Positions 52,225 through 62,300 of a stretch of DNA of 64,000 bases are shown piece by piece. Position 1 is the first letter of the stretch; every line of letters begins with the position of its first letter. This DNA is from Bacteroidota bacterium. GTDB lineage: Bacteria; Bacteroidota; Bacteroidia; Bacteroidales; UBA10428. The translations under genes were made by a program, and so were the position numbers. The stretch spans positions 100,776-164,775 of the forward strand of contig JAEZZA010000020.1 in the NCBI GenBank assembly GCA_023442525.1, read 5' to 3'. Under the pieces are notes generated by a model. It ran no database searches and had not been told where the DNA came from. It worked only from the letters and a program-made list of their open reading frames with translations.

Positions 52225-53190
52225 TTATTGAGGTCTTTTTGTACGAATTTCCGCGTTATACTTAGGTACTCCGCCGATGGGAATTACATAAAATGGTAGT
52301 AATTCGCCATACTGGTTGCGGACATTAACAACCACATTGTTGTTTTTTACTGCAGGCGTTTTTCGTTTGATAAACTGAATGTCGAGTGATGTGTTTTTCT
52401 CCTCTCCATAGATCGCAAATTCATCATCAATCCAGTTATCTTCTCCTGAAACCTTGCTGAGCTGGCCCTTTCGGGCCACTGAAACTATGCGTATCCAGCC
52501 GTCGGAATCCCAATCGAAATTCGACAGCTTTACTGATATAGTACGATCATCAACATATGGATATATGTGCGATATTTCCATAGGGTTATCGTGCATCCTG
52601 AAAGAATATTCGTATGCAAAAGCATTGGCGCCTTCAATAGGCCTGTTCTCATTTTCTCTGGTCGATATATAATACCGGTAAAGATTACCGTCGTCTCCCG
52701 AAATTCCGTCACAGATCACCTTCAGCACATATCCGTTATATTGCTGTACAAATTCTCCCTCGGTAGGATTAAAAGGTCCAAAGGTGTACCATTTGTTATC
52801 GTACTCCGGTTGATTTCCAAATGTTTTTGAAGCCAGGAGGTTCCCGCTTTTATAATTTCCAACGGGTTGAGTTTCTCTGGCGTCTTTATGCGAATAACAG
52901 TCTTTTCCCCCATAAACAGAGTACGTCATTTTAGTGTCGAAAACTCCATTGAGTTCGTCGGTGGTACCACTGATATCCGGATCAAAAACCCTGATATAAA
53001 CAGGTTGTGTGAAATCTTTTGGAATCAGAAAGAAAAATGTTTGTGAGAAATCATCATCTCCCCATGAAGTACTGGCTTTAGGGCCAAATGACATAAGGTA
53101 TGGAATATTCTCATCGCCAGCCGGGACAGGCTGTGCCAGTGCAAGAGTAAAGGAAAAAACCGTGAAAAGAACTGTGAAAGTGTATCTCAT
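52225..53190 (-). CDS. Secreted protein of unknown function (321 aa)
   Basis: Signal peptide FSFTLALAQ. Coding-like composition. 16 nt upstream of the phosphatase gene on the same strand. No family recognised. Confidence 0.5.
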   Translation of the reverse strand: MRYTFTVLFTVFSFTLALAQPVPAGDENIPYLMSFGPKASTSWGDDDFSQTFFFLIPKDFTQPVYIRVFDPDISGTTDELNGVFDTKMTYSVYGGKDCYSHKDARETQPVGNYKSGNLLASKTFGNQPEYDNKWYTFGPFNPTEGEFVQQYNGYVLKVICDGISGDDGNLYRYYISTRENENRPIEGANAFAYEYSFRMHDNPMEISHIYPYVDDRTISVKLSNFDWDSDGWIRIVSVARKGQLSKVSGEDNWIDDEFAIYGEEKNTSLDIQFIKRKTPAVKNNNVVVNVRNQYGELLPFYVIPIGGVPKYNAEIRTKRPQ

Positions 53191-53274
53191 AGTTAAATGG
53201 GAATCAGTTTTGATAAAAGTAATACGTTAAAAAAACGGATAAGATACATTTTACGTACCAAACATGATCAAATG

Positions 53275-54702
53275 CTAATTTTTTTGGTTTAACACTACAA
53301 TTTTGCGTGTTATGCAATGGCTTGCGGCAGATTCTTCAGCCCCGGGTACTTTTCCTGACAATCCGAGGACAATATTATAGGTACCGGGCAAAGGAAAAGT
53401 ATATTTGGCTTCAATTCCCTGGCTTCGAGATCCGTCGCCAAAATCCCAGTAATAATTTTCAATTCTGAAGTTCGGTAAAAATGACTCACGGGCATCCGGA
53501 GTGATCTCCTGCCCTGCCCAAACAGTATCGGCAACAGTAATATATGGCTGTACAATCTGTTCAACGACAAATTCATATTCAGCCTGACTGATCAGAACAT
53601 CCTGTGTCATCTTGTCAACAATGTTTAGCCGGATATGATACGTATCTGGCCTGGCAAAGCAATGCTCTGCTTCAAGGGCACGTATCAGGGTTCCGTCACC
53701 AAGGTCCCACTCGTACGCAAATGCCGTTGTGTCTATTTCGTTGTTATTCGATTCATAAAACACATAGCAGTAATCGTTTTCTTTCTGCTCATTACAGGAT
53801 GTGAAGGTCGGCAATGTTGACACTGCGGCATAAATATCAGCCGAACCATGACGGTCCGACACAAAATACGCCGTATCCTGATTATTGGAAAAAATAACAC
53901 CGTAATCATCCTGCGGCGAATTAAAGGGTTCGCTCATCCTTACCGGCTTCTGCCATTTATCATCAACCTTCATGGTATGGTAGATATCCAGGTCGCCCTT
54001 CGGATTTAAGCCCCGAGAAGCAAAATATAACCTGCCGTTACTGTGATAAAAAGGAAATACTTCGTTTTTTCCTGTATTCACTTCAGGGCCCAGGTTTTCG
54101 GGCTTGCTCCATTTGCCACTTCTTAGTGTTGATACGTAAATATCAAAGCCACCCATGCCTTCAGGATTGTCAGAGCAAAAGAAAAGCTGGCTGCCGTCAC
54201 CGCTAAGATGAGGATAACCTGTATTATATGCAGCACTGTTATATTCAAATGGAATGGGCTGCGACCATTGACCGTTTACCAGTCTCGACATAAATATGCC
54301 GTACGTGGTATCACCCCGGTTGCGGTTTCGATTTCCCACTGCAATATCAATTGACCGGGTAAAATAAATCAAAGTACCATCGTGGTTAAATGTGGCAGGC
54401 CCTTCGAACATAAATGTAGTGAGCTCCTTAGCCAGTAGCCTTGGGATTTCGAAATTCAGGTTTTTTTTCTTTTCACTGAAATACAGGTTGGTTAATGGAT
54501 TTTTATCATAATCATGATAGCTCACTATAAAATCCGATCGTCTGTCAGAACAAAAAACCAGTCCGTTCCGAAAAAATGACGGGGCCAATTCTTTCGACCG
54601 CGAATTAATATCAAGACGTGAAATTTTAAAATGATTCTGACTGCTTACAGTTTGTAAACAGATCAGTGAGACCACCAGTATTATGACATATTTTCTTATC
54701 AT
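53275..54702 (-). CDS. PD40/TolB-like beta-propeller protein with two PKD-like domains
   Basis: PD40-type repeats (LIYFTRS, LFFCSD..GGFDIYVS, LYFASR..GDLDIYHT, AYFVSDRHGSADIY). Two PKD signatures (YEWDLGDGT, YYWDFGDGS). The start overlaps the upstream stop (TGATG). Confidence 0.65.
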   Translation of the reverse strand: MIRKYVIILVVSLICLQTVSSQNHFKISRLDINSRSKELAPSFFRNGLVFCSDRRSDFIVSYHDYDKNPLTNLYFSEKKKNLNFEIPRLLAKELTTFMFEGPATFNHDGTLIYFTRSIDIAVGNRNRNRGDTTYGIFMSRLVNGQWSQPIPFEYNSAAYNTGYPHLSGDGSQLFFCSDNPEGMGGFDIYVSTLRSGKWSKPENLGPEVNTGKNEVFPFYHSNGRLYFASRGLNPKGDLDIYHTMKVDDKWQKPVRMSEPFNSPQDDYGVIFSNNQDTAYFVSDRHGSADIYAAVSTLPTFTSCNEQKENDYCYVFYESNNNEIDTTAFAYEWDLGDGTLIRALEAEHCFARPDTYHIRLNIVDKMTQDVLISQAEYEFVVEQIVQPYITVADTVWAGQEITPDARESFLPNFRIENYYWDFGDGSRSQGIEAKYTFPLPGTYNIVLGLSGKVPGAEESAASHCITRKIVVLNQKN

Positions 54703-55604
54703 CAGAAAATGGTGGGATTTGACGCTTTGATCCGGTATCCGAAATTATACTCCAGTGCGATTTCAACCGACCCGCGATTATATTCATTGATCTCGCTCAA
54801 CCCGTAATCGTAAGCTGCTCCAATTCGGAGCTGGTAATTTACCTTGAAATCAAGAAGAACAATAACAGCCTGTTTCGAGCGATATGAAACTCCCAGTTTA
54901 AGAGCATCTTTGTAGATGAATTTCATACCTGCATCTGCCACAACTCCTCCCGCGTTTTGGTATTCAACAAGTGCAGAAGGCTCAATCTGCCAGTCTTGTG
55001 CCAATCCCAACATTACCCCGGTCGTCAGATAATAAGAATACTTTGAAAAATCATGATAGGCTACCACTTCTCCTCCATCGGCCTTAAATCCCATGAGCAG
55101 AGGCACAGATAATCCGGCATAAAATCTCCTGGTGTAATAATATGCCCCTACTCCAAAATTGGGTAAGAGATATCGTATGGAATTCCGGCCGGCCGTGATA
55201 TCATTATCCAGATCGGCTGACTCATATTTTCCCGTGCTGATACCTCCTTTAAGCCCAAGGGAAAGCTTACCCCTTCCCACCTCCATCCTGTGAGCATAGT
55301 TGGCATATATCGATGTGTATTTTCTAAGCCCGATGCTTTCGTTCATCAGCAGCAAGCCTAATCCCATCCGGGTATTTTTATAAGGAGTGTGTATGCTCAG
55401 CGTATTATAGGAAGGCGCTCCCTCAAAGCCAATCCACTGACTGCGGTGAGTAACACTTGCACTCAGCATGTCATGGCTGCCCGTATAGGCAGGATTTATA
55501 GCAAGTCCGTTGAAACTGTAATGACTATACAGGATACTTTTTTCCTGAGCCTCCGTTACAATGGCGAAGAGCAGGAATATCAATATGTATCTCAGCTTCA
55601 ACAT
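54702..55604 (-). CDS. PorP/SprF-family type IX secretion system membrane protein
   Basis: 300 aa. Family signature YSHYSFNGLAINPAYTGS...SQWIGFEGAPSYNTLS, beta-barrel-like C-terminus ending in F. The start overlaps the upstream stop (TAATG). Confidence 0.85.
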   Translation of the reverse strand: MLKLRYILIFLLFAIVTEAQEKSILYSHYSFNGLAINPAYTGSHDMLSASVTHRSQWIGFEGAPSYNTLSIHTPYKNTRMGLGLLLMNESIGLRKYTSIYANYAHRMEVGRGKLSLGLKGGISTGKYESADLDNDITAGRNSIRYLLPNFGVGAYYYTRRFYAGLSVPLLMGFKADGGEVVAYHDFSKYSYYLTTGVMLGLAQDWQIEPSALVEYQNAGGVVADAGMKFIYKDALKLGVSYRSKQAVIVLLDFKVNYQLRIGAAYDYGLSEINEYNRGSVEIALEYNFGYRIKASNPTIF

Positions 55605-58600
55605 TATCTGATTATTTCAACAAATGACCTCATTTCGAATTCTTTTTGGCGCCCCGCAATTTTCATACGAAGTATATAATAATAGGTTCCTTCGGGGAGT
55701 TCCACATTGTTTTTATTAAAACCTTTCCATACATCGCAATCCGACCCAACTGCATCAGCCTTGCAATAATTGTCTGTTTCAAAAACAAGCTGACCGGAAC
55801 GGTTAAAGATACGGGCACTAATACGCTCGGCATTTTGAGCATCGATATGGAAATAATCGTTAACGCCGTTACCGTCGGGGGTAAATGCCTTTTTGAATTC
55901 AATTGGCTTTACTACAATTCTTACACTGTCGGAAACTGCCGGGCAAACCCCGTTGATTACCGTCCATTTAAGGATATTCTCATTATCAAGTTCACTTACC
56001 TGTGTATTATGTAGTGTAAGGTCGTAGAACTCACACGAACCACTTGAAACACTCCATGATCCGGTACCCACTAATGGTTCCGGGGCCTGTAATTGAGTGG
56101 AAAATACAAAGTCGAGTTCCTGGTCGGCACCGGCTTCAGGTATTTCGGGCTGCTCATAGAATGTAATAATTGCTTCATCATCATCTGAACATTGCCAGTT
56201 TGTCTCAGTCCATTTGAACACTTGTTCACCATGTATGGCTGATGTAGCAACGGCATTCTCCAGCGTGGGATCAGAAAAAACAACATTTCCGGCCGTCCAG
56301 AATCCGTTATAGACCTCATTGGTTTTTTGAGCCGCCAAAGTGTATACATTTCCGCAAACCTCAGCATCAGCACCCGCATTAGCCGACGGTATTTCATATA
56401 CCTCCACGGGAATCAGCGGAACAAAGCCATCTGTAGCGGCAAAACATCCACTGTCGTCTTCAAGCGATACCATTACAAACTCCTGAGTAATCACAGGATT
56501 GAATTCAATGTAGCCGAAAATTCCGTTAACACCTGACTCACTCTTAGCAGGTTCGCTTTCTCCACGTATTGAAACATTGAAAGGGGCACTTCCCGTAACA
56601 AAATATTTTATCTGAACCGGTGAACCCGCACATATTGTGTCAAACGTGGTAACAACATTACCGGTTGGGAGCGGATTAATCCTTACTTCAACAGACGAAC
56701 TAGTGTCGATACATTCATGATACAACGGTGTTGAAAATATTTTCCTCCGGAAATATGTTGTGGATGTAAGATTTTCCGAAGTGAAATTCCGATCTGATCC
56801 TTCTGCATCTTCCCATAAAATCTTGTCTGTACTTTTTTGCCAGGCGTAACTGTACATTCCCGGACCGAAACCGTCTTCCGGAACCGATCCACTTAACGAT
56901 ACGGGAGAATCATAACATGTAAATCTGACCGTGGATCCTTCAATAAAATTATTACTGATGGGGGGCCGGGCTGAAATTGTTTTAATGCCGCTGGTATCAA
57001 TGCAGGCATCATTATAACCAGAATACACTATCCTGCGGAATTTTGTGGTTTCAGTTATTATTCCGGATGTGAATGACACTGAATCGCCAGTACCGGCAAA
57101 ACCCGTCCAACTACCGGAAGTTGAATACTGCCACAGGTAATTATAATGGCCTGAGCCTCCTTCCGGAATTTTCATTTCAATTCTTCCGGGTGAAGTACCC
57201 TGACAGATGGTTGAATCGGGAGTTGAAAAAACGTTATTTGTTATTGAAGGTAAAACTGCAATTCGTATGAGATTACTGGTATCGGAACAATAAGCAGTAG
57301 AATTAACTATGCGCCGGTATATTGTTGTAGATGTAAGTACGGGCGGGTCATAATCCGAAGAATTGCCTTTATCCGACCAATTCTGATTATCGGTTGTAGC
57401 CTGCCAGATATAACTGAAATTATTGTTACCTCCATTAACAGGCGTACCTGTAATAATCTTGCCATTGTCATTGTAACAAATGGTATCGGTTCCGAGAATA
57501 TTATTGTTGACAATTGCCGGATAAACAAATATTTTAATTACCCGGCTTGTATCCCTTACGGTCCCTGGCTTCAAAGGATTTTCAGAATTTACAATCCTGC
57601 GATAAAATGTTGTCTGGTTAAGTGCCATCGGGGCAAAACTTCTGAGTTCGTCGATACCGATTGCAGGAGACCAGTTTTCATTATCAGTACTCTGCTCCCA
57701 GCTGTAGGAATAAGTCCCGTTTCCGCCTTTAGGCTGACTGGCTGTAAGTACATTAGGCACCTGCGATTCGCAGATAGTATCTGTTCCACGTATGGAATTA
57801 AATAAAAACCCTGTAAGTGGTACTATTAAGCCTTTTAATTTTATACCCTGAAGACCCGGGCGTCCCAACATTGACGAATAAGTCGAACCACCGGGTGTTA
57901 CTCCGCCTGACCCGTTAAGCGTGTCGAGATGAATTTCAGGTATAGTTGAGCCCGAATGCCAGAATACACCACCACTTCCTCCTCCACCTGCGCCATTAAG
58001 ATTTGGCAGGGGATTTGTTGTGGAACTTCCGTTTCCTCCTTTAATCTCTATAGTGAACTGTTCTCCAATGAAATTAGTTGCATCCATCAGGATAGTCCCG
58101 CCTGCACCGCCCCCGGCGCCACTGCCGGTTGTAGATTCGGGAAAAGCATTTGTGCCGTTGGCCCGAATAGTAACATTCGGTTCGGTAACCACAGTACCCG
58201 TGATCATTATGATCATTCCTCCGCCGTTACCTCCATTCGAAGGCGTAGAACCACCTTTTGTATTTCCCGTTCCGCCGCCACCACCAAAAATAGGTCTTGG
58301 TTTTAGAGGGTTGTCATAGAAGACTGAGAAGTTATCTCCACCCCAGCCTCCTTTGGCCGTATTTGGCATATTACAGGAATTGTTCTGCTGGCCGCCATCT
58401 CCACCCCTCATAAAATTGCTTCCTCCTCCACCGCCGGAAAACAAACCGTTGCCGGCTCCACCGCCATTTAAGTTATAAGCAGTTCCTTTGGTATATGGCC
58501 AGCTGCTGCTGATTATTCCCTCACCTTTATTACCCGAACGGTATAACTTATCAGGCAAAAAGAATACTGTGTCATGGATACTTTCACTTATTCCATACCG

Positions 58601-59191
58601 GCATAATCCCTCGGGATATATTTCCGATGGCGCTAAACCTCCGCGAAATCCTTTCCCGCTTGCGTCAATAACACTGCCTTGAAGAAGTTTTATTGTGTCA
58701 ATACCTATCATGGCTATAATTCCGCCTGTCTGGCCATCCCAGGGCCTTGCGGTCAGTGTACCATCAACGGTTATGGTTTCGCCTTCAATTACTTTCACCA
58801 GCTGAATTTTCTCGCCGATATCATAAAGATTACTGAGATTGTCGGTAAAATATATGATGGTATCAGTTCCACTTTCAACGATCTCATCAATCTGAAGAAT
58901 TTCAAAATTTCCGGTGTTTCCTGTCGATGAACGTATTGGAGGTAAAGTAGTTAAAAAGTTTGATCCCGTGCCCATTTTAACACCGGTCATCTGCATTATA
59001 AGGGCTTTATCACCCGGGAAAAAGTTTTCCAATTGCCCGCTCGTGGTTTGAGATACCTTGACACCATTTGTCAATACCTCAGTAATTTTCAGGTAATAAT
59101 TAGGACTTTCACCTGTAACCGTAATACTTTGAGGGTAAAGCGTGAAGCTCAGAAACCAGTGGGCCAATATTATAAGTAATATCCTGGTCAA
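55604..59191 (-). CDS. Large cell-surface adhesin-like protein with a glycine-rich region, four ~75-aa Cys/Trp repeats and a type B T9SS (gliding motility-associated, CHU_C) C-terminal domain
   Basis: TTG start with signal peptide. Gly-rich aa ~235-420. Repeats end in TTFYRRIV, TTIYRRIV, TTKFRRIV and TTYFRRKI. CTD AFTPDGNGVNDYFHI...IFNRSGQLVFE...GTYYYIL (nt 55607-55894). Confidence 0.8.
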   Translation of the reverse strand: MTRILLIILAHWFLSFTLYPQSITVTGESPNYYLKITEVLTNGVKVSQTTSGQLENFFPGDKALIMQMTGVKMGTGSNFLTTLPPIRSSTGNTGNFEILQIDEIVESGTDTIIYFTDNLSNLYDIGEKIQLVKVIEGETITVDGTLTARPWDGQTGGIIAMIGIDTIKLLQGSVIDASGKGFRGGLAPSEIYPEGLCRYGISESIHDTVFFLPDKLYRSGNKGEGIISSSWPYTKGTAYNLNGGGAGNGLFSGGGGGSNFMRGGDGGQQNNSCNMPNTAKGGWGGDNFSVFYDNPLKPRPIFGGGGGTGNTKGGSTPSNGGNGGGMIIMITGTVVTEPNVTIRANGTNAFPESTTGSGAGGGAGGTILMDATNFIGEQFTIEIKGGNGSSTTNPLPNLNGAGGGGSGGVFWHSGSTIPEIHLDTLNGSGGVTPGGSTYSSMLGRPGLQGIKLKGLIVPLTGFLFNSIRGTDTICESQVPNVLTASQPKGGNGTYSYSWEQSTDNENWSPAIGIDELRSFAPMALNQTTFYRRIVNSENPLKPGTVRDTSRVIKIFVYPAIVNNNILGTDTICYNDNGKIITGTPVNGGNNNFSYIWQATTDNQNWSDKGNSSDYDPPVLTSTTIYRRIVNSTAYCSDTSNLIRIAVLPSITNNVFSTPDSTICQGTSPGRIEMKIPEGGSGHYNYLWQYSTSGSWTGFAGTGDSVSFTSGIITETTKFRRIVYSGYNDACIDTSGIKTISARPPISNNFIEGSTVRFTCYDSPVSLSGSVPEDGFGPGMYSYAWQKSTDKILWEDAEGSDRNFTSENLTSTTYFRRKIFSTPLYHECIDTSSSVEVRINPLPTGNVVTTFDTICAGSPVQIKYFVTGSAPFNVSIRGESEPAKSESGVNGIFGYIEFNPVITQEFVMVSLEDDSGCFAATDGFVPLIPVEVYEIPSANAGADAEVCGNVYTLAAQKTNEVYNGFWTAGNVVFSDPTLENAVATSAIHGEQVFKWTETNWQCSDDDEAIITFYEQPEIPEAGADQELDFVFSTQLQAPEPLVGTGSWSVSSGSCEFYDLTLHNTQVSELDNENILKWTVINGVCPAVSDSVRIVVKPIEFKKAFTPDGNGVNDYFHIDAQNAERISARIFNRSGQLVFETDNYCKADAVGSDCDVWKGFNKNNVELPEGTYYYILRMKIAGRQKEFEMRSFVEIIR

Positions 59192-59220
59192 TGAAAGATG
59201 GTTTGGTTTAGTTTTGTTAT

Positions 59221-59228
59221 CAAATATA
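59221..59228 (-). promoter_or_regulatory. Candidate -7 box (TATATTTG) upstream of the type B T9SS cargo operon
   Basis: The minus strand reads TATATTTG 30 nt upstream of the TTG start. No clear -33 element. Confidence 0.3.
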
Positions 59229-59303
59229 ATTGAATCTGTTTAGCATTATAATCCCAATTATTAACACATTGGGAATCACAAAACACGATACAGTTTAATT
59301 AAG

Positions 59304-62300
59304 CTATCCCCTGCCCTCCGGTTCATCACGTCTATATGCCGGTAGTTCAATGATGAACGTGGTGCCGAGGTTAACTTTAGTTTTAAACGTAATGTCCCCT
59401 CCAAAAGATACAATTATACTCTTTACAATTGATAAACCTAAACCCATACCACTTGATTTAGTGGTAAAACTTGGCGTAAACATCTTATTCTGAAGCTCTT
59501 CCGGAATTCCTTTCCCATTATCGGTTATACTTATTCTTATGGTATTCCGGTTCTGAATCAGGCTGATAACTATTTTTCCCTGCCGGCTATCCGGTATAGA
59601 TTGAATTGCATTTTTAATAAGATTGATGAACACACGCGACAATTGTTCCTTGTCGGCTAATACGGGAACATAATCACTCTCATGTTCAAAAACGAAGTCC
59701 ACATTCTCGGTATTGCTATACAGGTTAAGGGTAGATCTTATCGAATCAATTATGTTGATTTGCTCGGTTACCGCCTTGGGCATTTTGGCAAAATTGCTGA
59801 ACTCTGATGCAATGAATGAAAGATTGTCGATTTGCTCGATAAGCGTGCGGGTGACTCGTTCAAGGTATTCATCGAAATTCTCCCTGTTATCTCTCCACGA
59901 TCGTAACAGGTGCTGCACACTAAGCTTCATGGGTGTAAGCGGATTCTTTATTTCGTGTGCAACCTGCTTGGCCATTTCTCTCCAGGCACTTTCACGTTCC
60001 GACTGGGCAAGCATATCGATACTGTGAACCAGTTCCTTCATCATTCGGTTGTACTCGTTGACCAATCCGGCAATCTCATCACGTCCTTTATAAATGATAG
60101 GTTCACTTTTCCGGCCCAGTTTCATCTGGCTGAATCGTTGCTGTATCATTTTAAGCGGCCTGGTAATTTCATCCGAGATAAATGCAGCCATGGCAATGGT
60201 TACAAGAATCAACAACACATACACGTTGATTATGGCAACTACAAGTGTCGTCACATCATTTTTAAGCACATTCTGCCGTGTAAAATAAGGCAGATTTATA
60301 TATGCCAGAAGTTTATGATTGATTGCACTTACAAAGGGTACATATGCTGAAATATAATTGAGCTCTCCGATGGTTTCACGGTGAATGAACTCAGCCTGCT
60401 TTTCATTTACCATGACATTGTATGCCATAGGATCCATGCGTTCTCCAAGTAATCCCTCTGAAAAAACCTCCTGCCTTGAAGTAGCTATCAGATCGCCCTC
60501 GGGATTATACAAATTGATGTCGGTGTAAAAGACATCCGACAGTTTTATGAGAAGCTGATTCAGATTCGCATAAATATCATTGCTCCAATCAGGAGGAATT
60601 CTCTCGGTGAAATATGCCAGTAACAAATCGAGTTCAACATAGACCGATTGTATTTTCTCACTCAGAATATCGTGTTGTTTTCGCTGGTATTGCTCAATTG
60701 TAAAGTATATGGTTCCACCTCCGACAAGAAAAAGAGATACAAAGATCAGTGCAGTAATGGATAACTGTATTTTGTTTCTGAAGTTGAATTCGATCTCGGT
60801 TCCGAGCTTCGAAAAATCGCGGGTAAGAATAAAGAACAGAACAACAACATAAAAGAATATAAATATATAGGAGAATGATACCAGGTTATTGAAAAATGTG
60901 GTTCGGGGCCGGCTGACCATTACGGCATTATCGTTCCCTGAATAATTTATATAGTGTACATAATTGTCGAATGTTGAAGGTTTATTCCGGTAAGTATTCA
61001 AGTCGAGGCTGTATTGAAAGGTCCCGCTTTGAGCCATCAACTGGTTTTTATGATACTTGGCGTATGAGTATTCTTCGAGCAGTTTGTTTTTCTGATATCT
61101 TTCATCGAGCAACAGTTCGGGAAATCCCAGTTCCTCGGCAACCAGTCTGGAATCGAGTTCAATAAACAATGTTCTTTCATCTGTACTGTCGGCTCTGTAG
61201 TACTTAAATACCCCCAGATAACTGATACTTCCGTTCTGGTTGTCGAGGAAAACAAAATTCGTGTTTGGCAGTTTCATACTTCTTCCTTCGTCAATATGGT
61301 TATTGAACCATTCGTAACAATTTTCACCAGAGTCCAAAAAATAACCATCGGGAGCACAAACTGTATGGATGAGTGAATACTTTCCCCAGAAACCATAAAA
61401 ATAATTACTACGCAAATAGTTATGCTGCTGCTCATCGTCAATGCTATTCCAATACAAGAGATAGCGGCTAAGGTTCACATCATTTTGCAGTCGCTCACTG
61501 ATGTCCTCAAGTAAATATTCAGCAACAGGATCGTGCTCTGCAGCCAGGTTTCCCGCATATACAGCCATATTATCCATAACTTTCCGGTTATTGAAATGGG
61601 CAATGATATAAACCGCAAAAATTGAGAATAGGATAGCCATAAGTGTCATAGGCGTGTGATTTCCAAGGGGAACCTTCCGGGAATGCAATATGGCAGGAGT
61701 AATAAACAGAATTATATAAGCCAGGTATGAACCTGGGTCGATACGGTAATTGAAGAAATATAACAATATCAGTATACCTCCGCCCACAATCAGAAATATT
61801 ACAATAAGCCGTGAAAACCTGCACCGGTGGCGGCAAACTTCGACGATCTTATTGGAAATCATCAGAAGCACGGCAAAATGCATCACCATTATTACAAGTC
61901 CTATAAAAGTGTAAATGCTTAAACCGGCGGCCTTGTAAAACTCAAAGCTTATACTGGAATGCAGGATCAGGTTTGAGATAATGCTGTGAGTGAAAATGAA
62001 AAATCCGGTAAAAATTGCAATAAGAATGGATATCGAAATGATACTGCCGGGGTTACGACCCTTATAAACACGATCGGGCATTTTAAAAAACACGAAAAAC
62101 TCACTGATAATATATAATATCAGAAGCGTGTTCAGAAAGACATCGCCCAGCGAGGGTAACCAGTCGGATTTACCAAACGGCATTGGGCCAAATAATTCAA
62201 GGTCGAAAAGGTCATCCGGCACATGATATTTATACATTATCCATCGTAAAACACCGAAGAAAATAGGCATTGCCAGAATGACTAAATTTCGTGTACTGTG

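Noticed and set aside
57956-58319. Two overlapping plus-strand ORFs (116 and 99 aa) rich in Pro/Ser/Thr
   Set aside because: They are the reverse complement of the GGN-rich glycine region of the adhesin gene (GGN codons read as NCC), which is a compositional artefact.
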